Shown here: in pieces, positions 5,801-12,923 of the stretch
Numbering within the stretch: the stretch's first letter is position 1
How the letters are laid out: each line of letters starts with the position of its first letter
NCBI GenBank assembly: GCA_019637235.1
Contig: JAHBVZ010000182.1
Location: forward strand, 1 to 14,968
Length of the DNA: 14,968 nucleotides
Source: Labilithrix sp.
GTDB taxonomy: Bacteria > Myxococcota_A > Polyangia > Polyangiales > Polyangiaceae
Reading direction: 5' to 3'
The notes under the pieces: generated by a model
The model's input: only the letters and a program-made list of their open reading frames with translations
Told to the model about the DNA's origin: nothing
Databases searched by the model: none
Made by a program: the position numbers and the translations under genes

Positions 5801-7089
5801 ACCCGTCACGGACCGCCGCCAAAGGACTGCCCGAAATGCATCGACACCTCGCCGGGCGCCGCGTGAAGGGAGGGCTCTTCCTCCTCACATGCGCGCTCGC
5901 CGCCTGGCTCTTCGCCGGTTGCTCGAGCACCGTCTCCGTCGCCGAGTCGCCGGACCTGGGATCGGGCGGCTTCACGGGGCCGGGCACGGCCGACGGCGGA
6001 GACGCGTCCGTCGGTCCGGACAGGCTGCTCCAGTGCGTCGCGACCGAGTGCCCGTTCCCCTATACGACGTGCGAGACGGACACGCCGACGTACAAGTGCG
6101 AAATCAACCTCATGAACGACCGCAACAACTGCGGCGGGTGCGGGGTGAGCTGCGACGACTACGAGCCGATCGGAATGATCGGCCAGTGCGTCCAGGGCAA
6201 GTGTGACTTCCAGTGCATGATCGCCCTCGAGGATCCGATCATGAACCTGAAGAACTGCAACGGGATCCTCGACGACGGCTGCGAGGTCGACGTCTACAGC
6301 GACCCGATGAACTGCGGCGTCTGCGGGAACAAGTGCAACCCGGGCGACGCCTGCATCGAGGGCCGATGCGGCTGTCCCGCGGGCTTCACCAGCTGCAACG
6401 GGCGCTGCGTCGACCTGAGCACGAACGATCAGAACTGCGGTGAGTGCGGCCGCGCCTGCCCCTTCATCCCGGAGGACGGACCGTTCGCCGGCTGCGAGCT
6501 CATCGACAAGCACGCGCAGGCCAAGTGCCTGAACGGCGTCTGCGGGAACCTGGCCTGCCAGCTCGGCTGGGGGGACTGCGACAAGGACATGGGGCAGTGC
6601 CCGAACCACCCGCAGGGCGCCTGGTCCGGCTGCGAGACGCCGGTCACGACCCTCGAGAACTGCGGCGCGTGCGGGAACAAGTGCGGCCCCGGCCAGATCT
6701 GCGGCCGCGTCGGCCTCGAGATCAAGTGCATCGACACCTGTGACAAGCTCGGGCTCACCGACTGCGGGAGCGCGGGCGAGCAGGGCGGCGGCTGTCGCGA
6801 TCTGAACAACGATCCCAACTACTGCGGCTCGTGCGTGAACGCCTGCCCGGGCGCCGGCCCCCACCAGAGCGTCACCTGCAACAAGGGCAGCTGCGAGTAC
6901 CCGTGCGACGACGGCTACGCCGACTGCAACGGCGATCTGGCCGACGGCTGCGAGGTCAACACGATGATCAACCCCAACAACTGCGGCGGATGCGGTGTCA
7001 CGTGCGACGGCGTCCTCGGCCAGCCGTGCATCGAAGGAAAGTGCCTCACGGCGACCTGCGACGAAGACGGCGGAGTGCTGGCGCGATGA
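5797..7089 (+). CDS. Cysteine-rich secreted lipoprotein (430 aa) with about six repeats of the motif NCGxCGxxC(x..)C..G.C, resembling the STIG1-type Cys-rich domain
   Basis: ATG at 5797 overlaps the previous stop. The signal peptide 'GGLFLLTCALAAWLFAGC' has a lipobox-like Cys. Repeats include 'NNCGGCGVSCDD', 'MNCGVCGNKCNPG', 'QNCGECGRACP', 'ENCGACGNKCGPG', 'NYCGSCVNACPG' and 'NNCGGCGVTCDG', each followed by 'C..G.C'. There are many Cys. There is no CXXCH, so it is not a cytochrome. Stop TGA at 7087-7089 overlaps the next ATG at 7086. The part of ORF 4357..7089 upstream of 5797 is not part of this gene. Confidence 0.75.
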   Translation: MNPSRTAAKGLPEMHRHLAGRRVKGGLFLLTCALAAWLFAGCSSTVSVAESPDLGSGGFTGPGTADGGDASVGPDRLLQCVATECPFPYTTCETDTPTYKCEINLMNDRNNCGGCGVSCDDYEPIGMIGQCVQGKCDFQCMIALEDPIMNLKNCNGILDDGCEVDVYSDPMNCGVCGNKCNPGDACIEGRCGCPAGFTSCNGRCVDLSTNDQNCGECGRACPFIPEDGPFAGCELIDKHAQAKCLNGVCGNLACQLGWGDCDKDMGQCPNHPQGAWSGCETPVTTLENCGACGNKCGPGQICGRVGLEIKCIDTCDKLGLTDCGSAGEQGGGCRDLNNDPNYCGSCVNACPGAGPHQSVTCNKGSCEYPCDDGYADCNGDLADGCEVNTMINPNNCGGCGVTCDGVLGQPCIEGKCLTATCDEDGGVLAR

Positions 7090-8342
7090 AGCTCTCCCTC
7101 GACCGACACCTCCGCGCGCGCGCGTTCGCGCCCGTCCTCGCGCTCGGCTCGGCCGTCGGCTTTCTCGGCGCGTTCGCCAACTGCGCGGCGAGCGAGCAGG
7201 AGCCGGGCATCGACATCGACGCCGGACGCGAGGTCACGCTCGGAGCTCCGGACGCGCAGCCGTCCGACGCGTCGTGCGACGCCGACGACGCCGGGTGCGT
7301 GGTCGCCCCCGACTGCTCGCAGGTCGACTGGTGCGTCGTTCCGTCCGGCGTCCGATCCTCGGAGCGACTCACGTCGGTGTGGGGCTCGAGCAAGACCGAC
7401 GTCTGGGCGGTCGGCTCGCGAGGCAGCGCCGTCCACTACGACGGCGCCGCGTGGAAGGCCGTCCCGATCGACAACAAGTCCACCTTCTTCTCCGTCTGGG
7501 GCAGCGGCCCGAGCGACGTCTGGGCGGTGAGCGACACGATGACGATCATGCGCTCCGGCGGCTTCGCGGACGGAGGCGTGACGTGGACGCGGCTACCCCC
7601 CGTGAGCGTCGCTCCATACTTCGAGACCGCGACGACGGTGATGTTCGGCTTCGGCCCCGACGACTTCCGCATCGGGACGCAGCCGAAGGACGACGGGCCG
7701 AACCAGACGTCCGGCAACATGCTCGTCAAGGCGGCGAGCCCGGTCGAGGAGGGCAAGAGCCCGCTCACGCGCGTCGGCGGCCTCAAAGGAACCGTCACGG
7801 GCATCTGGGGCAGCTCCCCCGACGACGTCTGGATCCTCGTCGACAACCGCCGCACCAACAGCAACTACCAGGGGTCGGCGATCGAAGCGGGCAAGACCTT
7901 GCACGGACGGCCCGCCGCTCCGGGCGTGGACACGAAGGGCGACCCGCTCGACTGGACCCCGGTCGACAGCCAGGCGACCGTCGTGCTCCGCGGCATCTGG
8001 GGGAGCTCGGCCTCCGACGTCTGGGCGGTCGGCGACCACGGCACCGTCCGGCGCATCCACCCGAACGATCTCCGCTGGCAGATCGTCGACTCGCCGACGA
8101 CCGCGAACCTCCGCGCCGTCTGGGGTACGGGCCCCGAGGACATCTGGATCGTGGGCGACGCGGGGACCGTCCTCCACTGGGACGGCCTCGAGCTCAAGCC
8201 GGCGACGACGCAGCTCCCGGAGACCGACGCGCCCAACCTGTACGGCGTCTGGGGGAGCTCGGCAGACGACGTCTGGGCCGTCGGCGAGCACACCGTGCTG
8301 CACTACACGGGCGCGAAGGCGCCTCCGTCGGAGGGACCGTGA
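7086..8342 (+). CDS. Secreted beta-propeller-like repeat protein (418 aa) with six WG[ST]G..DVWAVG blades
   Basis: ATG at 7086. The signal peptide 'FAPVLALGSAVGFLGAFANCAAS' has an AFA|N or lipobox-like site. Repeats are spaced about 45-50 aa apart: 'LTSVWGSSKTDVWAVGSRGSAVHYDGAAW', 'FFSVWGSGPSDVWAVSD', 'VTGIWGSSPDDVWILVD', 'LRGIWGSSASDVWAVGDHGTVRRI', 'LRAVWGTGPEDIWIVGDAGTVLHWDG' and 'LYGVWGSSADDVWAVGEHTVLHY'. Stop TGA at 8340-8342. The ORF-track N-terminal extension 6831..7085 overlaps the previous gene and is not coding. Confidence 0.75.
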   Translation: MKLSLDRHLRARAFAPVLALGSAVGFLGAFANCAASEQEPGIDIDAGREVTLGAPDAQPSDASCDADDAGCVVAPDCSQVDWCVVPSGVRSSERLTSVWGSSKTDVWAVGSRGSAVHYDGAAWKAVPIDNKSTFFSVWGSGPSDVWAVSDTMTIMRSGGFADGGVTWTRLPPVSVAPYFETATTVMFGFGPDDFRIGTQPKDDGPNQTSGNMLVKAASPVEEGKSPLTRVGGLKGTVTGIWGSSPDDVWILVDNRRTNSNYQGSAIEAGKTLHGRPAAPGVDTKGDPLDWTPVDSQATVVLRGIWGSSASDVWAVGDHGTVRRIHPNDLRWQIVDSPTTANLRAVWGTGPEDIWIVGDAGTVLHWDGLELKPATTQLPETDAPNLYGVWGSSADDVWAVGEHTVLHYTGAKAPPSEGP

Positions 8343-9559
8343 TGATCGCTCGTCGAGGATCGTTCCTCGCCATCGTCGCGGGCCTCTCGGCGCTCGCGGT
8401 CGCCGGCGCCGCCTGCGCCACCTCCGACGTGGCCATCGGCAGCGTCGGCGACGACGACGGCACCAAGCTCGGCGGCGACGGCGGCCCTGCGGACGACGCC
8501 GAGGCCGTCGACGCCGGCGAGGAGGCGAGCCTGCCTCCGCAGCGCGCGTGCTCGGACCAGAGCTTCTGCCACACGCCCATCCCCGCGACCGCGACGCTCA
8601 CCAGCGTCTGGGGCGACGGCGCGGGCGCCGTCTGGTCGGTGAGCGCGCAGGGGAAGATCTACCGCTGGGACGGAGCCGAGTGGAAGGTCCACCACGAGCT
8701 CGCCGGCGCCGTCCTCACGGCGGTCTGGGGCGACGGTCCCACCGACGTCTGGGTCGCCGGATCGAAGGGGCTCCTGCACGGCACCGGCGCGAGCGCGGCG
8801 TCGCTCGTCTTCGCGCCCGTCGCCGATCTCCCCGGCAACCCCGACGTCCCGCTCACGTCGCTCTGGGGCTCGGGCCCGGACGACATCTGGGCCGTGGGCT
8901 ACGGCCAGGATCCGTCGACCGCCGCGCTGCTCGGGCGCGTCGTGCACTTCGCCGGCGCCGGGGGCTGGGGCGAGCTGTCGCTCGGCGTCCCGCGCGAGTA
9001 CGACTGGGATCCGGATCCCGCGGTCGCGCCGATGCAGGTCTTCGGCTCCGCGTCGTCGGGGGCGTGGGTGCACGGCGCCTGGTTCGACGACCAGAGCAAC
9101 GCCGTCGCTGTCCTCTTCCGCGTCGCCCCCGGCGCGACTGAGGGCGTCCGCGTGCGCATCCCCGAAGGCGAGGACTGGCCGCCGCGCCACCGGCCGCTCA
9201 CGGGCGCGGGCGTGACCGACGACGGCACCGTCTGGCTGGCCGCCGTCTCGCAGTCGGGCCGTCACCGCTACATCCGCGGGAACGCCCCGTACGGCGGGTC
9301 GGACTGGGAGCTGCTCTACCGCCCCCAGTACGAGTCGAACCCCCACTTCTTCTGGGGCAAGTCGAGCACCGACACCTGGCAGGTGGGCGACTTCGGGCGC
9401 CTCCGTCGCTGGGACGGCGCGAAGTGGACGCAGGCCGTGATCATGGTGACCAGCGCGCCGGTGAAGAGCGATCTCTTCGGCGCGTGGGGCACCAGCGACG
9501 ACGACTTCTGGGTGGTGGGCGACGGCATCGCCTTGCACAAGCGGCCCAAGTCGCCGTGA
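8342..9559 (+). CDS. Paralogous secreted beta-propeller-like repeat protein (405 aa), same WG..D.W.VG repeat family as the upstream gene
   Basis: ATG at 8342 (GTG at 8339 is also possible), overlapping the previous stop (TGATG). Signal peptide 'FLAIVAGLSALAVAGAAC'. Repeats: 'LTSVWGDGAGAVWSVSAQGKIYRWDGAEW', 'LTAVWGDGPTDVWVAGSKG', 'LTSLWGSGPDDIWAVGYG', 'HFFWGKSSTDTWQVGDFGRLRRWDGAKW' and 'LFGAWGTSDDDFWVVGDG'. Stop TGA at 9557-9559. Confidence 0.75.
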   Translation: MIARRGSFLAIVAGLSALAVAGAACATSDVAIGSVGDDDGTKLGGDGGPADDAEAVDAGEEASLPPQRACSDQSFCHTPIPATATLTSVWGDGAGAVWSVSAQGKIYRWDGAEWKVHHELAGAVLTAVWGDGPTDVWVAGSKGLLHGTGASAASLVFAPVADLPGNPDVPLTSLWGSGPDDIWAVGYGQDPSTAALLGRVVHFAGAGGWGELSLGVPREYDWDPDPAVAPMQVFGSASSGAWVHGAWFDDQSNAVAVLFRVAPGATEGVRVRIPEGEDWPPRHRPLTGAGVTDDGTVWLAAVSQSGRHRYIRGNAPYGGSDWELLYRPQYESNPHFFWGKSSTDTWQVGDFGRLRRWDGAKWTQAVIMVTSAPVKSDLFGAWGTSDDDFWVVGDGIALHKRPKSP

Positions 9560-9569
9560 GGACCGAACG

Positions 9570-10958
9570 ATGAAGCGAATGCACACGTGCCTGCCCGCGC
9601 TGGTGGCGATCGCCGTCGTCGGCGCGACGGTCATGGCCTGCGCCGACGACAGCGGCGGGAGCGCGCCCGAGCTCGACGACGCGGGAGCGCCGCCCCCGAC
9701 CGAGACCCTGTCCGACGCGGGCGCGGAGGCGGATCCGCCGCCGCCGTCGCGGAAGCCGCCGTTCGATCCCGCTGACGCGAAGGTGACGTGCGCCAAGGAG
9801 CCGTGCGCCGTCGAGATCGCCGCCGGAGAGGCCCACTTCTGCGCCCGCATGAGCGACGGCGCGGTCCGCTGCTGGGGCGCGAACACGGCCGGGGTGCTCG
9901 GACGACCGCCGTCGCCGGACGACGCGCCCGCCGTGGTCACCGTCGCAGGGCTCAGCGGCGTCGTGCAGCTCAGCACCAGCGGGACGACCGCCTGCGCGCT
10001 ATCGAGCGCGGGAGCCGTGCACTGCTGGGGCAACAACGCCGACGCGCTGCTCGGCCTCGAGGCCGACGATCCCGCCTCCGACGGCGCGCCTCACCCGACG
10101 CCGGCTCCGGTCGCGCTCCCCGGCCCCGCGGTGCGCGTCGACATCGGCCCGCGCGTGGGCTGCGCCGTCCTCGCGACGACCGAGACCTGGTGCTGGGGGT
10201 ACAACGGCAGCGCGCAGCTGGGACGCGCGACGGCCCAGCCGCTCGGGGCGCCCGCGCGCGCGCCGCTCGCCGGCGTGAAGGCCGCGCGGACGGCGCACGG
10301 CTCGTTCACGAGCTTCGCGGTGACGGCCGAGGGCGACGTCGTGAGCTGGGGGACCGTCGGCGGGCCGCGCGGCAACCTCGCCGCGCGCGCGTCGTCGATG
10401 GAGCTCGATCCGCGCCCGCTGCCGATCGGGCTCGGCGACGTGACGCGGCTCGCGGTCACGTCCAGCTCCACGGTTCAGCGATGGGGCTCCCCGCAGCCGC
10501 CGCTCGACGTCTACGGCCGCGCGTGCGCCGTGGTCGACGGCGAGGTCTCTTGCTGGGGCCGCAGCGAGTACGCCGCGCTCGGCACGGGTAGCCCGGACCT
10601 CGCGCTCAGGCCGACGAGGGCCGCCATGGACAGCGGGTTCGCGTGGGCCCAGCAGGTCGCGGCCGGCGGCGAGACCACGTGCGCCCGCCTCACCGACGGG
10701 ACGGTCCAGTGCGCGGGCGACAACCGCCGCGGCGGGCTCGCCGTCGGCGGCGACGCCGGCGCGGCGTTCTCGATGGCGTTCCGGCCGGCGACGGAGCTCG
10801 TGGGGCGCGCGGTCGGCGTCGCCGCGACGCAGTCGGCGGTCTGCGCGCTGCTCGAGACCGGCGCCGTCGCGTGCTGGGGCGCGAACGACGCGGGGCAGCT
10901 GGGGCAGGGGACGAGAGACGACGAGGCGCACGGGACCCCCGTAGCCGTGAAGTTCTGA
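9570..10958 (+). CDS. RCC1-repeat (regulator of chromosome condensation-like beta-propeller) lipoprotein (462 aa)
   Basis: ATG at 9570, 10 nt after the previous stop. The signal peptide 'LPALVAIAVVGATVMAC' has a lipobox. Repeated RCC1 signatures: 'VRCWGANTAGVLG', 'VHCWGNNADALLG', 'TWCWGYNGSAQLG', 'VSCWGRSEYAALG', 'VQCAGDNRRGGLA' and 'VACWGANDAGQLGQG'. Stop TGA at 10956-10958. Confidence 0.8.
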   Translation: MKRMHTCLPALVAIAVVGATVMACADDSGGSAPELDDAGAPPPTETLSDAGAEADPPPPSRKPPFDPADAKVTCAKEPCAVEIAAGEAHFCARMSDGAVRCWGANTAGVLGRPPSPDDAPAVVTVAGLSGVVQLSTSGTTACALSSAGAVHCWGNNADALLGLEADDPASDGAPHPTPAPVALPGPAVRVDIGPRVGCAVLATTETWCWGYNGSAQLGRATAQPLGAPARAPLAGVKAARTAHGSFTSFAVTAEGDVVSWGTVGGPRGNLAARASSMELDPRPLPIGLGDVTRLAVTSSSTVQRWGSPQPPLDVYGRACAVVDGEVSCWGRSEYAALGTGSPDLALRPTRAAMDSGFAWAQQVAAGGETTCARLTDGTVQCAGDNRRGGLAVGGDAGAAFSMAFRPATELVGRAVGVAATQSAVCALLETGAVACWGANDAGQLGQGTRDDEAHGTPVAVKF

Positions 10959-10972
10959 GAGGTGTGTGCTTC

Positions 10973-12793
10973 ATGAGCTCTTCCAAGACAGCGTCGCGCG
11001 GGTTCCTCTGCGCGCTCGGGATCGCCTTCGGCGTGTCCGCCATGGGCGCTTGCTCGGGCGCCGATCGCCGCTTCGCCACGAACGACGATCAGTTCGAAGG
11101 GGACGCCGGGCCGCTGCCGGACGAGTCCGAGAGCTGCGGGCGTCACTGCTCGCGCGACCTCAAGCAGGTCCTCGAGGGCTGCGAGGGCGCGGAGACGGTC
11201 GTCCAGCAGTGCAACCCCGACCAGGGTTGCGGCGGGGAGGCGTGCGTCGACGCCTGCCTCGCGGCCCAGGCGCAGCGTGGATCCGCCGGCTGCGAGTTCT
11301 TGACCTTGCCGCCGGAGGACGCGACGGGCGTCAACGGCTCGTGCTTCGCCGCGCTGATCGCGAACACGTGGGACCGCGCCGTCGAGCTCACGGCCGAGTA
11401 CGACGGCGCGCCGCTCGACATCTCCGGGTCGACCTACATCGTCGACCGCAAGGGGGCGGCGACCTCCGAGTCCTACACGCTGCTCGAGGGGCCGCTCCCG
11501 GCAGGGCAGGTCGCCGTGGTCATGCTCTCGGATCAGTCCCCCGTGCACGATCCCGTGGGCGGCCAGATCGTCCACTGCCCGCCCAGCACGAAGGCCGCGC
11601 TCGACTTCGATCCCATCCGCCACGGGACGGTGCTCACCAAGTCGTTCCGCATCGCGGCCGACGCCCCCGTCGCGGCGTACGCGAGCTACCCGTACGGCGG
11701 CGAGATCGGCAAGTACCCGACCGCGACGCTCCTCTTCCCGGTGTCCGCCTGGGAGAAGGAGTACATCGCCGTCAGCCCGTTCGACTTCCCCTTCGATTTC
11801 TGGGTGCAGGTCCCGAACCACCGCTGGCTGCAGATCGTCGCGGCGGAGGACGCGACCGACGTGACGATCACGCCGAACGCGGACATCGGCGCCTCGCCCG
11901 AGACCGCCCCCGCGTACGCGGGGCAGCCGCAGACCTACCGCCTGGCGCGCGGGCAGGTCCTCCAGATCATGCAGCCGCGCGTGAACCTCACCGGCTCGCC
12001 GATCTCGGCCAGCAAGCCGATCGCGCTCTTCGGCGGCTCTTCGGCGACGTTCCTCGCGGCGACGGCCGCCGACGTCCTCGGCCAGCAGATCCCCGCGGTG
12101 GCGCAGTGGGGCTCGCGCTACGCCGTCGTCCCGTTCCGCTCGCGCATCCAGACCTTCGACAGCGACTTCCGCGAGAACGTGCCCTACACGCTCCTGGGCG
12201 CGGTCGACGGCACCGTGCTCGAGTACGCGCCGTCGCGGCCGAACGGCGCGCCGGAGACGCTCTCCGCCGGTGAGTCGGTCCACTTCTTCACCGACCAGGT
12301 CTTCGTCGTGAAGTCCCAGGACAAGGAGCACCCGATCTACGCGGCGGTCTACATGACTGGCTCGGGGTACGGGAACGGGACGGGGCAGCTGACGACGGGG
12401 GATCCGGACTTCGTGAACATCCCGCCGGCCGATCAGTTCGTCGATCGTTGCGTGTTCTTCACGGACTACACGTACCCCGACACGTCGCTCACCGTCGTGC
12501 GCAAGAAGGTGCACGGCCAGTTCAAGCCCGTCACGCTCGACTGCACGGGCGACGTCACCTCGTTCTTGCCGCTCGACGGGCAGGACGGCGAGTTCGAGTA
12601 CGCGTGGGTGAAGCTGACCGAGGGCTACGTCGAGCGTGCGGTCGGCGAAAAGAAGTGCGGGTACGGCCGGCAGGAAGCGTCCAGCGACGGACCGTTCGCG
12701 ATCACGGTCTGGGGGACGGGCCTGGCTTCGAGCTACGGCTACGTCGCCGGGACCGGGCTCCGGCCCATCAACAGCTACGCGCCGATCAAGTGA
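10973..12793 (+). CDS. Secreted lipoprotein (606 aa) with a domain resembling the N-terminal IgGFc-binding (Fcgbp-N) domain, plus an N-terminal Cys-containing region
   Basis: ATG at 10973, 14 nt after the previous stop. Signal peptide 'FLCALGIAFGVSAMGAC'. 'YRLARGQVLQIMQPRVNLTGSPISASKPIALFGGSSATFL...LGQQIPAVAQWGSRYAVVPF' matches, from memory, the Fcgbp-N pattern 'DLTGS.V.S.KPVAVFSGH.C..VP...CDHLVEQL.P...WG..Y.V'. The 716-aa ORF-track version begins upstream inside the RCC1 gene; that extension is rejected. Stop TGA at 12791-12793. Confidence 0.7.
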   Translation: MSSSKTASRGFLCALGIAFGVSAMGACSGADRRFATNDDQFEGDAGPLPDESESCGRHCSRDLKQVLEGCEGAETVVQQCNPDQGCGGEACVDACLAAQAQRGSAGCEFLTLPPEDATGVNGSCFAALIANTWDRAVELTAEYDGAPLDISGSTYIVDRKGAATSESYTLLEGPLPAGQVAVVMLSDQSPVHDPVGGQIVHCPPSTKAALDFDPIRHGTVLTKSFRIAADAPVAAYASYPYGGEIGKYPTATLLFPVSAWEKEYIAVSPFDFPFDFWVQVPNHRWLQIVAAEDATDVTITPNADIGASPETAPAYAGQPQTYRLARGQVLQIMQPRVNLTGSPISASKPIALFGGSSATFLAATAADVLGQQIPAVAQWGSRYAVVPFRSRIQTFDSDFRENVPYTLLGAVDGTVLEYAPSRPNGAPETLSAGESVHFFTDQVFVVKSQDKEHPIYAAVYMTGSGYGNGTGQLTTGDPDFVNIPPADQFVDRCVFFTDYTYPDTSLTVVRKKVHGQFKPVTLDCTGDVTSFLPLDGQDGEFEYAWVKLTEGYVERAVGEKKCGYGRQEASSDGPFAITVWGTGLASSYGYVAGTGLRPINSYAPIK

Positions 12794-12883
12794 GCACGAG
12801 AGCGATCGTCGAGCCGGCGAGGGCGAGAGGACGGGGCAGGGCGCCGTCGATCCTCGAATCGATCTTCCGAGAACACCATCATT

Positions 12884-12910
12884 CCATCCGCCCGCGCGCC
12901 GGCCGGATGG
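12884..12910 (+). other. GC-rich imperfect inverted repeat (potential RNA hairpin) between the operon end and the RBS of the next gene
   Basis: 'ccatccg' (12884-12890) and 'cggatgg' (12904-12910) are exact reverse complements, and 3 more inner pairs extend the dyad. It is followed immediately by a strong RBS 'gggaggg' (12909-12915) and ATG 12924. No T-run follows. It could be a T-less terminator for the upstream operon or a leader structure. Confidence 0.3.
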
Positions 12911-12923
12911 GAGGGCTTGAGCC

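Noticed and set aside
5806-6864. 352-aa minus-strand ORF and the small plus ORFs (5889..6206, 6213..6443, 6444..6743) inside the Cys-rich lipoprotein gene
   Set aside because: They are alternative frames of a clearly coding plus-strand gene. Their composition is Arg/Ala/Val-rich with no Cys periodicity.
6831-7085. Upstream extensions of ORFs 6831..8342, 6995..9559 and 10643..12793 before their signal-peptide ATGs (7086, 8342 and 10973)
   Set aside because: The extensions overlap the preceding genes out of frame and translate to Arg-rich sequence. The true starts are the ATGs immediately preceding the signal peptides, which overlap or abut the upstream stop codons.
8303-10036. 577-aa minus ORF, plus the minus ORFs 7593..8303, 7865..8293, 9999..10931, 10511..13246 (911 aa), 12879..14159 (426 aa) and 13696..14535
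   Set aside because: All of these are antisense shadows of the well-supported plus-strand genes. Several span two real genes and their intergenic spacers, which a real gene would not do. All are low-complexity.
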